Below, one piece after another: positions 9,674 through 19,840 of a stretch of DNA of 27,976 bases. The notes under the pieces were generated by a model, which did no database searches, had not been told where the DNA came from, and saw only the letters and a program-made list of their open reading frames with translations. The stretch is from assembly GCA_964518475.1 (NCBI GenBank), contig CAZFGR010000021.1, positions 1 to 27,976 on the forward strand, in the 5' to 3' direction. The stretch is from an uncultured Nitrososphaerota archaeon. GTDB lineage: Archaea > Asgardarchaeota > Njordarchaeia > Njordarchaeales > Njordarchaeaceae. Within the stretch, counting starts at the first letter, position 1, and each line of letters opens with the position of its first letter. The position numbers and the translations under genes are program-made.

Positions 9674-11001
9674 ATGAAGTTGAGTACTGACAATGTAATT
9701 AATCATAAGATAAAAGAAGACATTTATGCTAAGGTGTGTAGAGAATCAAAGAAACTATGTCCGCGTTTGGTACTTAGTCCATTATGGAGGCTTAGTCTCG
9801 CTAGTATAACTAGGATGGCTCCTCAGACAGCTCTCGCAATATCTGATGAGGGCGATGCAGTTATTTAAAAGGCTTAGTGAATACTGGATGATTCTTGATA
9901 GAAGTGGCAAATATGAAATCTGCGGAGAAAGAGGTCATGAGATTGATGAAGATTGGAGATACTATATTTATAATGGTAAGGAATAAGTCATTTCTCCTGA
10001 TACACTAAAAAAGGTTCTTCTGAAGAACTTAGAGGCGTGGCATACCTAGTGGAGCTAAGACTACTATGTAAAAAATGTCATTTGGCTAAACATTTGGGCT
10101 ACGCTTTAGTTCATAAGAAGATTGAGGAGGCAATGGAACATCTAGCGAGAATTAATAACATGGATCTAAGAGAGGTTATAAAACTAGCAAAGGAAGCCTT
10201 TCGAATTCATTCAAAACTCAGTCATATACGAAATTGGACCATAAAGATAGGGAATCTTAGAAACATGGATGAAGAACTTAAAGAGAGGGTTGAGGATCTT
10301 CTAAACTTTATGTATAAAAGGGGTTTCTTCACTTATGGTGGCTGGCTCTATTATAGGAATCCAAGATATGATGAAAGAATAAAATCAAGAGTAGCCCAGG
10401 AAACCTCTTTGATCTTATCAAAAGCTATAAATAGAGCTAGTACAAGCGATGTGTCGAGTGAAGAGTGGCAAAGGAGTCCCTTGGAGGTTGTAAAAGAGGA
10501 GCTTATTAACCAAGGTATCCAAGTACTTGAACACGAATTTAGGAAATTCATCAGTTATTTGATTGAAGAGAATGAATGGCAAAAACTACTACAGCAGACC
10601 ATGAATAAAGTGAATATTAGAGAAACAAGTCCTGATAACTCCATTATGGAGCTATTAGATAATGACATTTTGACAAGAAAATGGATGGTATTCATACCAC
10701 AACACTATACCCTAAAGTCTTCCGACACATCCTAGACGCGTTAGAAGAGGAAGAGCTAGCATACAGCGCAAAAATAACGTGCATAAAGGAAGACTATATA
10801 AGGAAGAGCGAACTACCAGTAATCATCTATGCCCCCTCAGCTATTGCGGTAAAATATGTCACCAACGCAGCTAAGGTTATGAAAAAGGTATTAAAAGAAT
10901 TCCACGTAGATAAGAAGATATTTTTTAAACCCGACGTTTTCACCATCAAGGGAATATATTCAGGTAAAGCATCTCATAAATCATACATTTACATCTTCTG
11001 A
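9674..11001 (+). pseudogene. HNH endonuclease-DUF1917 (Bles03/eIF4E-like) fusion, disrupted
   Basis: LCPRLVLSPLWRLSL; KYEICG...EIDEDWRY; LLCKKCHLAKH (HNH). Then KWMVFI, SAKIT, VIIYAP, FFKPDVFTIKGIYS (DUF1917). Lesions near 9865, 9985, 10010 and 10700. Confidence 0.7.
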
Positions 11002-11165
11002 TACGTTTAATAATTGAATGTGGTCTAATAATGTAGGAAAGATGAAATCTACTTAGATATCGGAACGTATAAGCTAAGTTAAAATGTATTGATCTAATGT
11101 AAATTTCTCTTTAAAAAGATCAGTAAAGATGTAAAGAAATAATTCGGAAATCTATCTGAAGTTGA

Positions 11166-12305
11166 TTATGAACTCTTAGGTTTCATAATATAAACATTGT
11201 AGATGTTATTCCCTCTCGGACCTATGTTTCTTTGTGAAAAACGCTCTTCAAATTTTTGTAAGTAAAAATGCTTGCTAGCTTCTTTTTCAAGTTCTCTCAA
11301 AATATCCTCCTTTTCTTCATGCAGTATCAGAACTACACGTCGACAGACTCTAATTAACCGCAGAAACTTTCTCAATTTAAGTAAATAATATCGTAAATCT
11401 TTACCCTGTTTCGGATTTACTGTTAACTCAGACCTAAAGTTAAATCGAATTTTTTTACCTAATCTTTGTTCCAAAAGCTTCGGTAACTTACTATTGCGGA
11501 ACCAAACCCAATAAAAATAGGATAATTCAAGATATTGAATTTCATCACTATGAGGGGGATCAGTAATCACAGTATACTCTGGCAAATATCTTAATGAAAA
11601 AGCTGATTTAAGTAATAAGCTGTTTAATGAATTTTCAGTATAACTTATTTGAATGCCACTAAACGATTTGAAATAATTTAGGAATTTCCTAGCACGTCTC
11701 TTGAACAATTTGATAGGATCTTCTTCGTTATGTTTCTTTGGAATCCAATAAGACGGCACACCCCAAGACCCCGAATTCTTTCTTTTCATTTTACTGGAAT
11801 CAAATAAGATTGAAGCAAATGTTAAATAAAGGGCTATAGATGTTCTAAATGATAGCTGCTGGGAGAAGTTATCTATTATCTGCAACATACATCGCAAGAC
11901 ATTGTAATTTCTTTGTGAAAAGAAATCAGTTATCCTATTCGCATTTCTCTTCTTATAAAACCATTGTCCATTACTATATTTCAAAAAATCTCGTTTAAGA
12001 GGAGGAAAATCAGGTATATCTGGGAGCGATTTCTCTAAACTTTCTAAGATGCGCTCGACAGCTAATTGGTACTCATCAGGATTTGCAGAAGCTACTTGAA
12101 CATGCGAGATTAACCAAGCAAACACATTTATATCACTATATTTAAAATATTTCTCAAGTTTAATAGCAGCTAAAGTAACAGATCCAGCACCCCCAAATGG
12201 ATCAACAATAATTTCATCTGTTGAATCTATATATTTCTGTATCATAGCAACTGGTTTTCTTCCCCAGTATCTTACTGGGAGAAAGTTAGGTTGCATAAAG
12301 TCCAC
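11166..12305 (-). CDS. Amino (N6-adenine/N4-cytosine) DNA methyltransferase, alpha motif order, small COG1743-like
   Basis: YWGRKP, motif I IVDPFGGAG, DIN, motif IV ITDPPH followed by IQYLELSYFYWVW. Confidence 0.85.
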   Translation of the reverse strand: MDFMQPNFLPVRYWGRKPVAMIQKYIDSTDEIIVDPFGGAGSVTLAAIKLEKYFKYSDINVFAWLISHVQVASANPDEYQLAVERILESLEKSLPDIPDFPPLKRDFLKYSNGQWFYKKRNANRITDFFSQRNYNVLRCMLQIIDNFSQQLSFRTSIALYLTFASILFDSSKMKRKNSGSWGVPSYWIPKKHNEEDPIKLFKRRARKFLNYFKSFSGIQISYTENSLNSLLLKSAFSLRYLPEYTVITDPPHSDEIQYLELSYFYWVWFRNSKLPKLLEQRLGKKIRFNFRSELTVNPKQGKDLRYYLLKLRKFLRLIRVCRRVVLILHEEKEDILRELEKEASKHFYLQKFEERFSQRNIGPRGNNIYNVYIMKPKSS

Positions 12306-12364
12306 CAGTGCGTTCTAAAGTCATATCATCAATTATACTTTATTTCTATCATCATCTATTTTTT

Positions 12365-13387
12365 TCAAGAATTGTTTATTAATCGTGAAATTAATTCTTG
12401 TATTCTTTTTAAGGTATCCTCTATAGTAGATTTTGAGCATCGAGCCTTGTAAAAGGCTACTTTAAATTCTCCCCGCTTAGTTGGAGCAAGTCTTAATCCA
12501 GATAAATCGGACACTCTAAATTTTTGTACAATTTTAGATAATTCCGCATAATCATATGCAACAAATCTAACTAGGATTCTCCATAAATCCTCGGTCCTCA
12601 TGTTTATGGTTATGCCCATCTTATCAAAAATTTGCTGAATAGATTTTACAATGACTTTTGAATCAACAAATGGATTCGCAATCTCTAGTTTCTTTGGAGC
12701 TTTACACCAGGCTACATAGGTGGCTAATAGAATTATTTCCCGTAAGATTATATTAGATGGATCTACTTCTATTACCGACCTTCGGAGAATTCTTAGAACT
12801 ATCTCTATTAAACTTGAAAGTTTATTCCTCTTCACTTTCTTATTAAGGATGAATGGGATGGGTTGGCATAGTATTTTACAATGCTTAGGAGAGTTTAAAA
12901 TACCACAAATATGTTCAAGCAAGACAGTACTAGTTTTTTCATCAAGTTTTTTGAATGTTTCAAGGATCATTATAATACTATATTTTTTATTCCTATATAT
13001 TAATCGAGCTAACTCTTCATTCTCAATAATTTTTGCAACAATCCCTATTCCGAAAATTTTAATTTTCTCTGGGATTCTCTTAATGAGATCTTCTTCATTT
13101 CTAATATCCTGAGGCCGAATACCTCCTTCTTTTAAGATTAAAATAATAGTATCATCAGGATTTAGACTTAAAATCATCTTACGATATTTCTTATTCAATC
13201 CCCAAATTCGTATTTTCTCATATCGTTTATTTAAAAGAAAGATTTTTTGATCTTCTTCGGCAAGTATATTAACTAAGTCGTTAAGTTTTACTCCTTCAAT
13301 GAGTGTTGAAATATTTCTTCTTTCGGGACTCTTTATAGAAGGTAAAGAGAGAATTAGAAATTGAATTTTTCTTACTTTATCTCTCAA
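12365..13387 (-). CDS. PUA/EVE-like putative modified-base reader + C-terminal winged helix
   Basis: IWGL...LNPDDTIILI...IFGIGIVAKIIENEELARLIY...YSIIMIL pattern; C-terminal LWRILVRFVAYDY...LAPTKRG. Confidence 0.55.
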   Translation of the reverse strand: MRDKVRKIQFLILSLPSIKSPERRNISTLIEGVKLNDLVNILAEEDQKIFLLNKRYEKIRIWGLNKKYRKMILSLNPDDTIILILKEGGIRPQDIRNEEDLIKRIPEKIKIFGIGIVAKIIENEELARLIYRNKKYSIIMILETFKKLDEKTSTVLLEHICGILNSPKHCKILCQPIPFILNKKVKRNKLSSLIEIVLRILRRSVIEVDPSNIILREIILLATYVAWCKAPKKLEIANPFVDSKVIVKSIQQIFDKMGITINMRTEDLWRILVRFVAYDYAELSKIVQKFRVSDLSGLRLAPTKRGEFKVAFYKARCSKSTIEDTLKRIQELISRLINNS

Positions 13388-13919
13388 TGATCTGTCCCCT
13401 CTCTTTTAGTCTATCATACTTTGCGAAAATCTCTTTAATTACTTGTTCATGTAACACATTGTATGGCTCACTACTTCTAGGAGCATTATAAATCAACTTA
13501 CCAAAAACAAAATTTTTGAGATCTTTATCCTTCTCAGTAAATTCTTTAAGAGTTCTATAATCTTCCTTCTCTATTTTAATTATTCCTACAAAGCTTATCT
13601 TATGTGATAACTGAATTACTAAATCTAGCAAACTAAGCGCTTCTCCAGCTAATGCTATATATGTTTCATTAGAGAATATGCTATTAAGAATCGCTTTTGT
13701 GAAGCCCTCTAATACTTTGTCTCTTCGCGACTTCACTTCTATGGATAATATCTTCTTATCCTCCGATCTATAGAGCATAACATCAACTTCTACGTGACGT
13801 CCTAAGAAGTTGCTTATAATTTTTGATTGAAAAGAAATAATGGCAATATCATAGTTTAACGCTTTAAGCAAAACTCGAGCTAGAGGTTCGTAATATGCAA
13901 ATTCATTCTGATTTGCCAT
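13377..13919 (-). CDS. PD-(D/E)XK nuclease
   Basis: NEFAYYEPL, EVDVML, ILSIEVKS, FSNETYIA, VGIIKI. Confidence 0.8.
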   Translation of the reverse strand: MANQNEFAYYEPLARVLLKALNYDIAIISFQSKIISNFLGRHVEVDVMLYRSEDKKILSIEVKSRRDKVLEGFTKAILNSIFSNETYIALAGEALSLLDLVIQLSHKISFVGIIKIEKEDYRTLKEFTEKDKDLKNFVFGKLIYNAPRSSEPYNVLHEQVIKEIFAKYDRLKERGQIIER

Positions 13920-14452
13920 TATTTGGCACCAAGGAAAATTTCTTCGATTACCTCATCAATTAAGTCCTTAATTTTTCCTTCCGTAATTCCTAAGCTAATA
14001 CATCGGTGTCTGAATTTTTCATCCGTGTAGAATCTATACACTAGAGAAAGTTTCCCTAATGTTTCATTATCCATAAGATTTAGCCATCTTATAGCCATTT
14101 TTAATTGATTATATTTAAAGAGCAATAATTTATTGAAAAATTTTAGTCTGAGCTCTTCGTAAAGTCGGTTATCAATTACTGTTATGATTGTGAGTAATTT
14201 TATTTCATGATTACCTATTTTAAGATTTGATGGAATGCTCTTAAAAAGTCTCTCTATATTATGTTTTATGCTTCCTTTTCTTGTTGAAGCTAAGATGTAT
14301 AGAGCGAAAATTTCGTTATCTTCTATTATAGAAAAGTGATAAAATGTTGAATCTTCGACTACTCGATCTTTAAACTTAGATCTATTCAGTATAGTTCGAA
14401 ATATTAACTTCCATAAGTCCATTCTGTATTGCCATATTCTAAATCCCATCAT
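13919..14452 (-). CDS. Hypothetical protein, possible inactive REase fold
   Basis: GGGAGG RBS; overlaps both neighbours (ATGA, TAATG). YHFSII...IFALYIL alpha/beta pattern lacks the D/ExK residues. Confidence 0.6.
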   Translation of the reverse strand: MMGFRIWQYRMDLWKLIFRTILNRSKFKDRVVEDSTFYHFSIIEDNEIFALYILASTRKGSIKHNIERLFKSIPSNLKIGNHEIKLLTIITVIDNRLYEELRLKFFNKLLLFKYNQLKMAIRWLNLMDNETLGKLSLVYRFYTDEKFRHRCISLGITEGKIKDLIDEVIEEIFLGAK

Positions 14453-15498
14453 GTCAGTCTTGCCTCCCTATAAAACCATTGAATGCACTCTTCAATCAAA
14501 ATATCAAGGGGCTTGTATATTTTTTTCAACTCTGATGCAGTAAGCTCCCTAATCTCATTTTGTCTTGCGGTTTCTAAGATTTTTTCAAATATCTCTCTTG
14601 CAATTCTTGGAGGTTTATTTTTTATTTCTAACTCGTCCAATATTATCTCGAGTGATTCTCTTGTAAATGGATAAAGAGGGTTTTGTTTGACCTTTTCGAG
14701 AAGTCCCAATTTTGCTAACTGATCCTCAGCAAGTCTCTTTCTCTCGATATATGCTTTTATAAATTCTCGTAAATCATCAATAGTTGAGATAACTCCCCTC
14801 TCATTTAGATTAAGTAAAGTAACTTTGAGACCTCCCGAATATAGATCTCTATGATATTCTGCCATTTTCTCCCATACAGTTTCTAAACTAGAAATAACCA
14901 AAAATGAACCTATAGGAAGAGAGATTATTAATTCGTAAAGAAAATCATAGATCATTCTCTCTTCTTTATCACTCGCTTCTTCGATTACATTTTCTAACTG
15001 ATCAATAGCTATGAAGACTCTCTTATCATGTTCATTAATTAATTCCATTAATAGATTAACTAAGTTCTTACGCAAATCTTTGTAAGTTAGCTTGCTTATA
15101 GCTCTAATGCTTACATTAGTGAGGATGGAAGTCGTTGTTCTGAGGTGTACATTAAGCTTATCTATTTCCGTTTTGAGCTTCTTAATAATTTCTAAATACA
15201 ATTCATGAAAACTGGCTCTATCTAAATCAACGCCTCGGACACGAATAGCTATATGGTTTTTTTCATGAAATTCTTTCATAATGTATTTACATAGAGATGT
15301 TTTGCCAGCTCCTCTCTCTCCAAATATTATAATTCTTTCCGCGGTTCGTTTTTCAAATACATTTTTTATTCTAGCTAAAGCCTCATCCCGTATTCCTCCA
15401 ACATTAGCAAGTATTACTTCTTTCTCTAATATAGACTCAGCATCTTCTGGGTATCTAAACGGATTATCGTAAAGACCATAGTGATGATACGAAAGCAT
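14449..15498 (-). CDS. AAA+ P-loop ATPase (ExeA/Orc1-Cdc6/BrxD-like neighbourhood)
   Basis: YGLYDNPF N-terminus, Walker A GERGAGKT, Walker B VFIAIDQLE, LYPFT and PPR lid motifs. Confidence 0.85.
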   Translation of the reverse strand: MLSYHHYGLYDNPFRYPEDAESILEKEVILANVGGIRDEALARIKNVFEKRTAERIIIFGERGAGKTSLCKYIMKEFHEKNHIAIRVRGVDLDRASFHELYLEIIKKLKTEIDKLNVHLRTTTSILTNVSIRAISKLTYKDLRKNLVNLLMELINEHDKRVFIAIDQLENVIEEASDKEERMIYDFLYELIISLPIGSFLVISSLETVWEKMAEYHRDLYSGGLKVTLLNLNERGVISTIDDLREFIKAYIERKRLAEDQLAKLGLLEKVKQNPLYPFTRESLEIILDELEIKNKPPRIAREIFEKILETARQNEIRELTASELKKIYKPLDILIEECIQWFYREARLT

Positions 15499-15814
15499 AA
15501 CCTCTCGTCCTCGTCATATCATGTATAATACCCACAATACACCGAATTTAAAATAGAATATAAATGATGGAAATTAAAAAATAGCGTTAAGACTTTATTC
15601 ATTCAAACCTTTATAAGTTTAACAAGCGTAAAACACGAGTTTTGGAAAATGTATACCTCTAGGATAATTGCTTCTTATGCGAATCTTAGCTACATATATG
15701 CAGCAAAGATAGTACACAAGTAGTAAGCGTCGATATTTTGAAATTCCCTGAAGATTAAAGTAAAAAGAATATTAACTTAGAGTTTCTTCTCCGTTGTAGA
15801 TTGTTAGTGACTTT

Positions 15815-17102
15815 TTACTTATTCAACGATTTCAGCACAATCTTAATTCTTGCATTATATCGCATCTCTATGTTCTCCAATCCAAGCGCTTTTCTAGCAA
15901 TTTTATTTAGTAGAATTCTTTCTCCTAGGCACACCTCATTATAATACCTTGGTGCTCTCTCCGCGTACTCTTTAAATTTGCTTATAGCGAAAATTCTTGG
16001 CCTTATAGATTTTCCTCTGAAATTTATCTCTATTTCTCGACCTAATATCACTAGATACGTATCAGCCACAACAGCTGCTGCGATGCCATCTCTCTCTAAA
16101 TAGTCTAGCTCGTAAGGCGCTTTGCTAACGTTATGCACAACTATTTCGTCGGGGATCGTTATTCCTAATTTTTCTAATCCACTCAATTTAATATTACGTC
16201 TTATATCACCGAATTTTTCATGAAACTTTTCTGCTGATTCACCGCAAATGCATGTGATTGCCAATGCTATTTCCTTGCACATTCTATTTTGTATCTCATT
16301 TCTTAGATCTTGAATAAATATCTTATCATTTATTTCAAGGATCGGATCAATGATATCTCGAAGATAGACTCCATATATTCCAGCCAGTAACACCTCGATC
16401 AAATATTTTTTTCAAATCTTCTACATTGCCGCATCTTTTTAAGCAGTAACTATAACTTTCCGCAGCATTCATCAGTTTCTCTATTCTTTCCTCGGCTTTC
16501 ATTGACAAGTGCCCTGCACCAGTGCCATATCTACCAGGAGCGATGAATATAATTGCGACGTCCCCATTATCAAGAATTAGGGGGTGAGGAATATAATGTA
16601 TTGATGTTCCACCTAACTCCTCGTATAGTATTTTTCTATACTTTCTCACATTAGTCGTTGATAATATCCCGTCTTGAGAAACTTTTTTAGCTAACTTATG
16701 AAGATACTCCCCAACACTTAATTGCTCTTTCTGAGCTTTATCTATGAGCTTTAACGATAATTCTCTGCTGAACCCCTCTCTTGCGCAAATCTCTGGAAAG
16801 TAATCTCTCTTCACTAATAATCCAACACCAACGAATCCCTCATCAGGAATATAGCAAGGCTCTACAAGTCTACCTTCTAAAACATAGTTATCAATATCCA
16901 TTCTCAAACATTTACCAGTGCTAGATACCGGCTTAGCAAATCCTCTCAAACCATTGGGAATATGGATCAATTTTATATCAAGAAGAACAGAACGGCGCAG
17001 ATGCTTATCAAAATTTCTAAAAAACCCATGCAAACTCATTAAGGATCCATAACCAAATACTATCTCAACATCACCGTGCAAGCATAATCCCCCTAAAACC
17101 AT
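15815..17102 (-). CDS. Gamma-glutamylcyclotransferase (GGCT/ChaC)-fold protein, split by a +1 frameshift (ORFs 16347-17102 and 15815-16402; about 428 aa if joined)
   Basis: VFGYGSLM, GLRGF, VGVGLLV...ICAREG. The downstream frame opens exactly at the A7 run (16406-16412). Confidence 0.65.
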
Positions 17103-17226
17103 ATGCAGCGTAAGCGAAGCTAGGAGAGATTTTCAAAAATGTCGGTAGCATCTTACTAGTTTCTAGAAAATGCCATATTGCGTATATAAGGGTAATAATG
17201 CATCCTATTAACAACTAGTTTTTGAG

Positions 17227-19707
17227 TTAACGCATTCTATCAACCTCTTCTATTAATCTATTAATGATTACTTTTGCCGCATTTATGAAGTCGTTTTTAT
17301 TCTTGCTTGTAATTAAGCGGTAATATATCTCCTTGTCAATTAATTGGATTGTGAAAAGAAGGTCATCTGTAAGCTCAATTTCTTCGAGATCTTTAATAAT
17401 TCTCTTTATCTCTGGTAATAACCCCACTGCTTGCCACTCCCATATTTTAACAGTTGTGTTTTCTTCGTCTTTTCTTCCTGCAATATAGAACCCAAGAGCT
17501 AACAAAGAGACCTTATATTTTACTCTTAGATAAGCTAGCAGTATCGCGGCTCCTATTTCAGCTGTCTTCGGGTCGAATGGCACTTCAAAACTGTAACCAT
17601 ATGAAAAATCACTGTAAACGAATTTTGGTACGTGGCATAGGCTGACCGAAATCTTCTTTACAGCCTTTAGGAACAGTTCTTTTCCTTCCATTGTTAGCTT
17701 CTTTGGACTCCTGCTCTCAAGTATCCACACAACTCCTCGGGGATAATACCTAATAAGACCAAAACCTTGAGGAACAGATACGTCAACATAACTTTTTGGT
17801 TCTAAATAGCCTTCTAAGTAATCAGAGACAATATCTGTTTTTTCACCCCACTTTCTCTTTATGGCCGAATATTTATAATAGGCATTAATTAAAAATGCCA
17901 CGTTGTTCCTAAAGGAATATCTTATAGCGTATCTTAATGAAACTTCGAGTACTCTTGGAGCTCCCGGTAGACCCATTCTTATAATGACACCATCACTTTG
18001 AGGATCGATGTAACCAAGTTGGAACTTAAGTACTAAATCTCGTCTAGACACATCCTCCAGAACAATAGTCCTGTTTCCAGCTAGAACCTCCCGTGAGACT
18101 CCATAGGGTGGGCCATATTCGTAGAATTGGAAGTTCCTCCAAACAATCCTACCTAACTTAGTTGGTTCTAATCTCGGAAATACCCTAGCTAAACCAAGAT
18201 TAACCAGTAAATCATATTCTTTTGAGGTTAAACCTTCACCAGATTTTCTGAATAATTTGTAGAGAGCTGAAAAGAGTGCGAGGAACTCATTGTTGGGAAA
18301 TATGAAAAGTCTCTCAATACCGAGTTGAATCCAATTTCTCAAAGATTCGAAACCCCGTCTTAAGACTATTCTATCCTTATCACTAATCGGAATAATTATC
18401 GATTCTGTGAAGGGGGTTTCTTCCCTCCTGCCTTTACGCCCCTCCCTCTGGATAAATTGTTTAACCTCGGCTGGAAGCCCATAATGAACTATCCTGATAA
18501 CCGTTCCAATGTCTATACCTTGTTCAAGTGTTCTAGGCGAGATTATTATCTTTATTTTATTCTCTCGTGCTAGTTCTTCTATATGTCTTCTAACGTGCTT
18601 GTCAATCAGGTGGTGATGAGTAGCTACTAAACTTTCATCCACGCCGACTTCTCTACACTTTGTCTTCAACCTTTTAGCAAGTTTTTCAGCATCCTCGATT
18701 GTCCTAGTGAATACTATTGTTACTCCATCTTCATCACCCTTTAGATATTCCAGCAAAAGATCAATGGTTCTTGTTTCAAAGATTTCCCTAGGAACTATAC
18801 TGAAGAACTCCTTTGGAGGAAGTTCTCTTTGCAAATTAATAATAACTTCGAACAAATTTTCTGGGAAATCCTTAAGCAAATTCGCCATCTCTGGCTTCTT
18901 AGAAATATTCTTCCCTAACTTATCTATTGCTAACTTGTCCCCAAGAACAATATAACATCGATTCTCAACCCTCCTAGCTTTCCCCCTGATAACTTCTATC
19001 TCCCTACCATTAATTCGCGATAGTATTTCTCCTAAATTCTCAGCACCCTCCAAAGTAGCCGTTAGGACAACAACTCTAGGTTTCTTAACGCAATAATCCC
19101 GAACAAGGATTTCGATCATCTTTATGAGTAACGCAGCCCTAGAAGACCCATAATAATCCAATTCATCAATAACTATTAAATCAAGATCCCTAAAAAACCA
19201 CTTCAGTAACTTCCCACCAGCCTTTATTTCGGTCATCAAGTAAGCCGGGTTGGTTACAACAATAAGCGTTTTCTCGGGCAATCCAGAAATCTGCTTGGCA
19301 ATTGTAGCGTTTACCTCCAGAGCATGAAAACCTATCGCTTCGCAATAGTCCTTAAGTCTAGATATCTGATCACCGGCCAAAGCCAAATTAGGGTATATAG
19401 CTAAAGTTTTCACACATTGCGATAAGGAATAAATAGCCCAAGCCTCAGTCTTTCCCGAACCAGTACCAGAAACCAGAATAATATTCTTACCCGAAATAAG
19501 AGCTTGGAAAGCTTCAAATTGATGTCTATAAAGCCGTTTATTAAGAATGCTTCTCAGTCTTCTACATTTACTAGATAGGATCTCAAAACTAGGAAAGATA
19601 TCACAAAATTTTACATTCACAAGCTCTGGTCTCTCTTCTCTCTCAATAACATTAACGTATTTTAAGCTTAGTTTGTTTAAGACCGATGAAGTATCGACAA
19701 TTTTCAA
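17227..19707 (-). CDS. SF2 helicase, Hrq1/MrfA(YprA)/SftH-like
   Basis: LYRHQ, GTGSGKT, YPNLALAGDQ, TNP, DELD, TAT, IVFTRT, TLEQGIDIG, QREGRKGR. Confidence 0.9.
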   Translation of the reverse strand: MKIVDTSSVLNKLSLKYVNVIEREERPELVNVKFCDIFPSFEILSSKCRRLRSILNKRLYRHQFEAFQALISGKNIILVSGTGSGKTEAWAIYSLSQCVKTLAIYPNLALAGDQISRLKDYCEAIGFHALEVNATIAKQISGLPEKTLIVVTNPAYLMTEIKAGGKLLKWFFRDLDLIVIDELDYYGSSRAALLIKMIEILVRDYCVKKPRVVVLTATLEGAENLGEILSRINGREIEVIRGKARRVENRCYIVLGDKLAIDKLGKNISKKPEMANLLKDFPENLFEVIINLQRELPPKEFFSIVPREIFETRTIDLLLEYLKGDEDGVTIVFTRTIEDAEKLAKRLKTKCREVGVDESLVATHHHLIDKHVRRHIEELARENKIKIIISPRTLEQGIDIGTVIRIVHYGLPAEVKQFIQREGRKGRREETPFTESIIIPISDKDRIVLRRGFESLRNWIQLGIERLFIFPNNEFLALFSALYKLFRKSGEGLTSKEYDLLVNLGLARVFPRLEPTKLGRIVWRNFQFYEYGPPYGVSREVLAGNRTIVLEDVSRRDLVLKFQLGYIDPQSDGVIIRMGLPGAPRVLEVSLRYAIRYSFRNNVAFLINAYYKYSAIKRKWGEKTDIVSDYLEGYLEPKSYVDVSVPQGFGLIRYYPRGVVWILESRSPKKLTMEGKELFLKAVKKISVSLCHVPKFVYSDFSYGYSFEVPFDPKTAEIGAAILLAYLRVKYKVSLLALGFYIAGRKDEENTTVKIWEWQAVGLLPEIKRIIKDLEEIELTDDLLFTIQLIDKEIYYRLITSKNKNDFINAAKVIINRLIEEVDRMR

Positions 19708-19840
19708 ATAAGTGCACCTTGAATCCTTCTGGTCATTTTAGGTAAATAAGGATGTATTACGAACATCTTTTATATAAGTAAATAAAAAATTAAAATTATG
19801 GTAACAAATCCTTAATTCATCCACACTAGGGAGATATGAA
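19708..19840. promoter_or_regulatory. Divergent promoter region between helicase and methylase
   Basis: 133-bp AT-rich spacer with TTTTATATAA at 19768-19777, TATA-like on both strands; RBS-like sequences at both ends. Confidence 0.55.

Noticed and set aside
14520-14526. Third A7-TAT run as a frameshift site in the ATPase
   Set aside because: The +1 frame stops after a few codons, while the zero frame ends in an ATGA overlap with a gene that has its own RBS.
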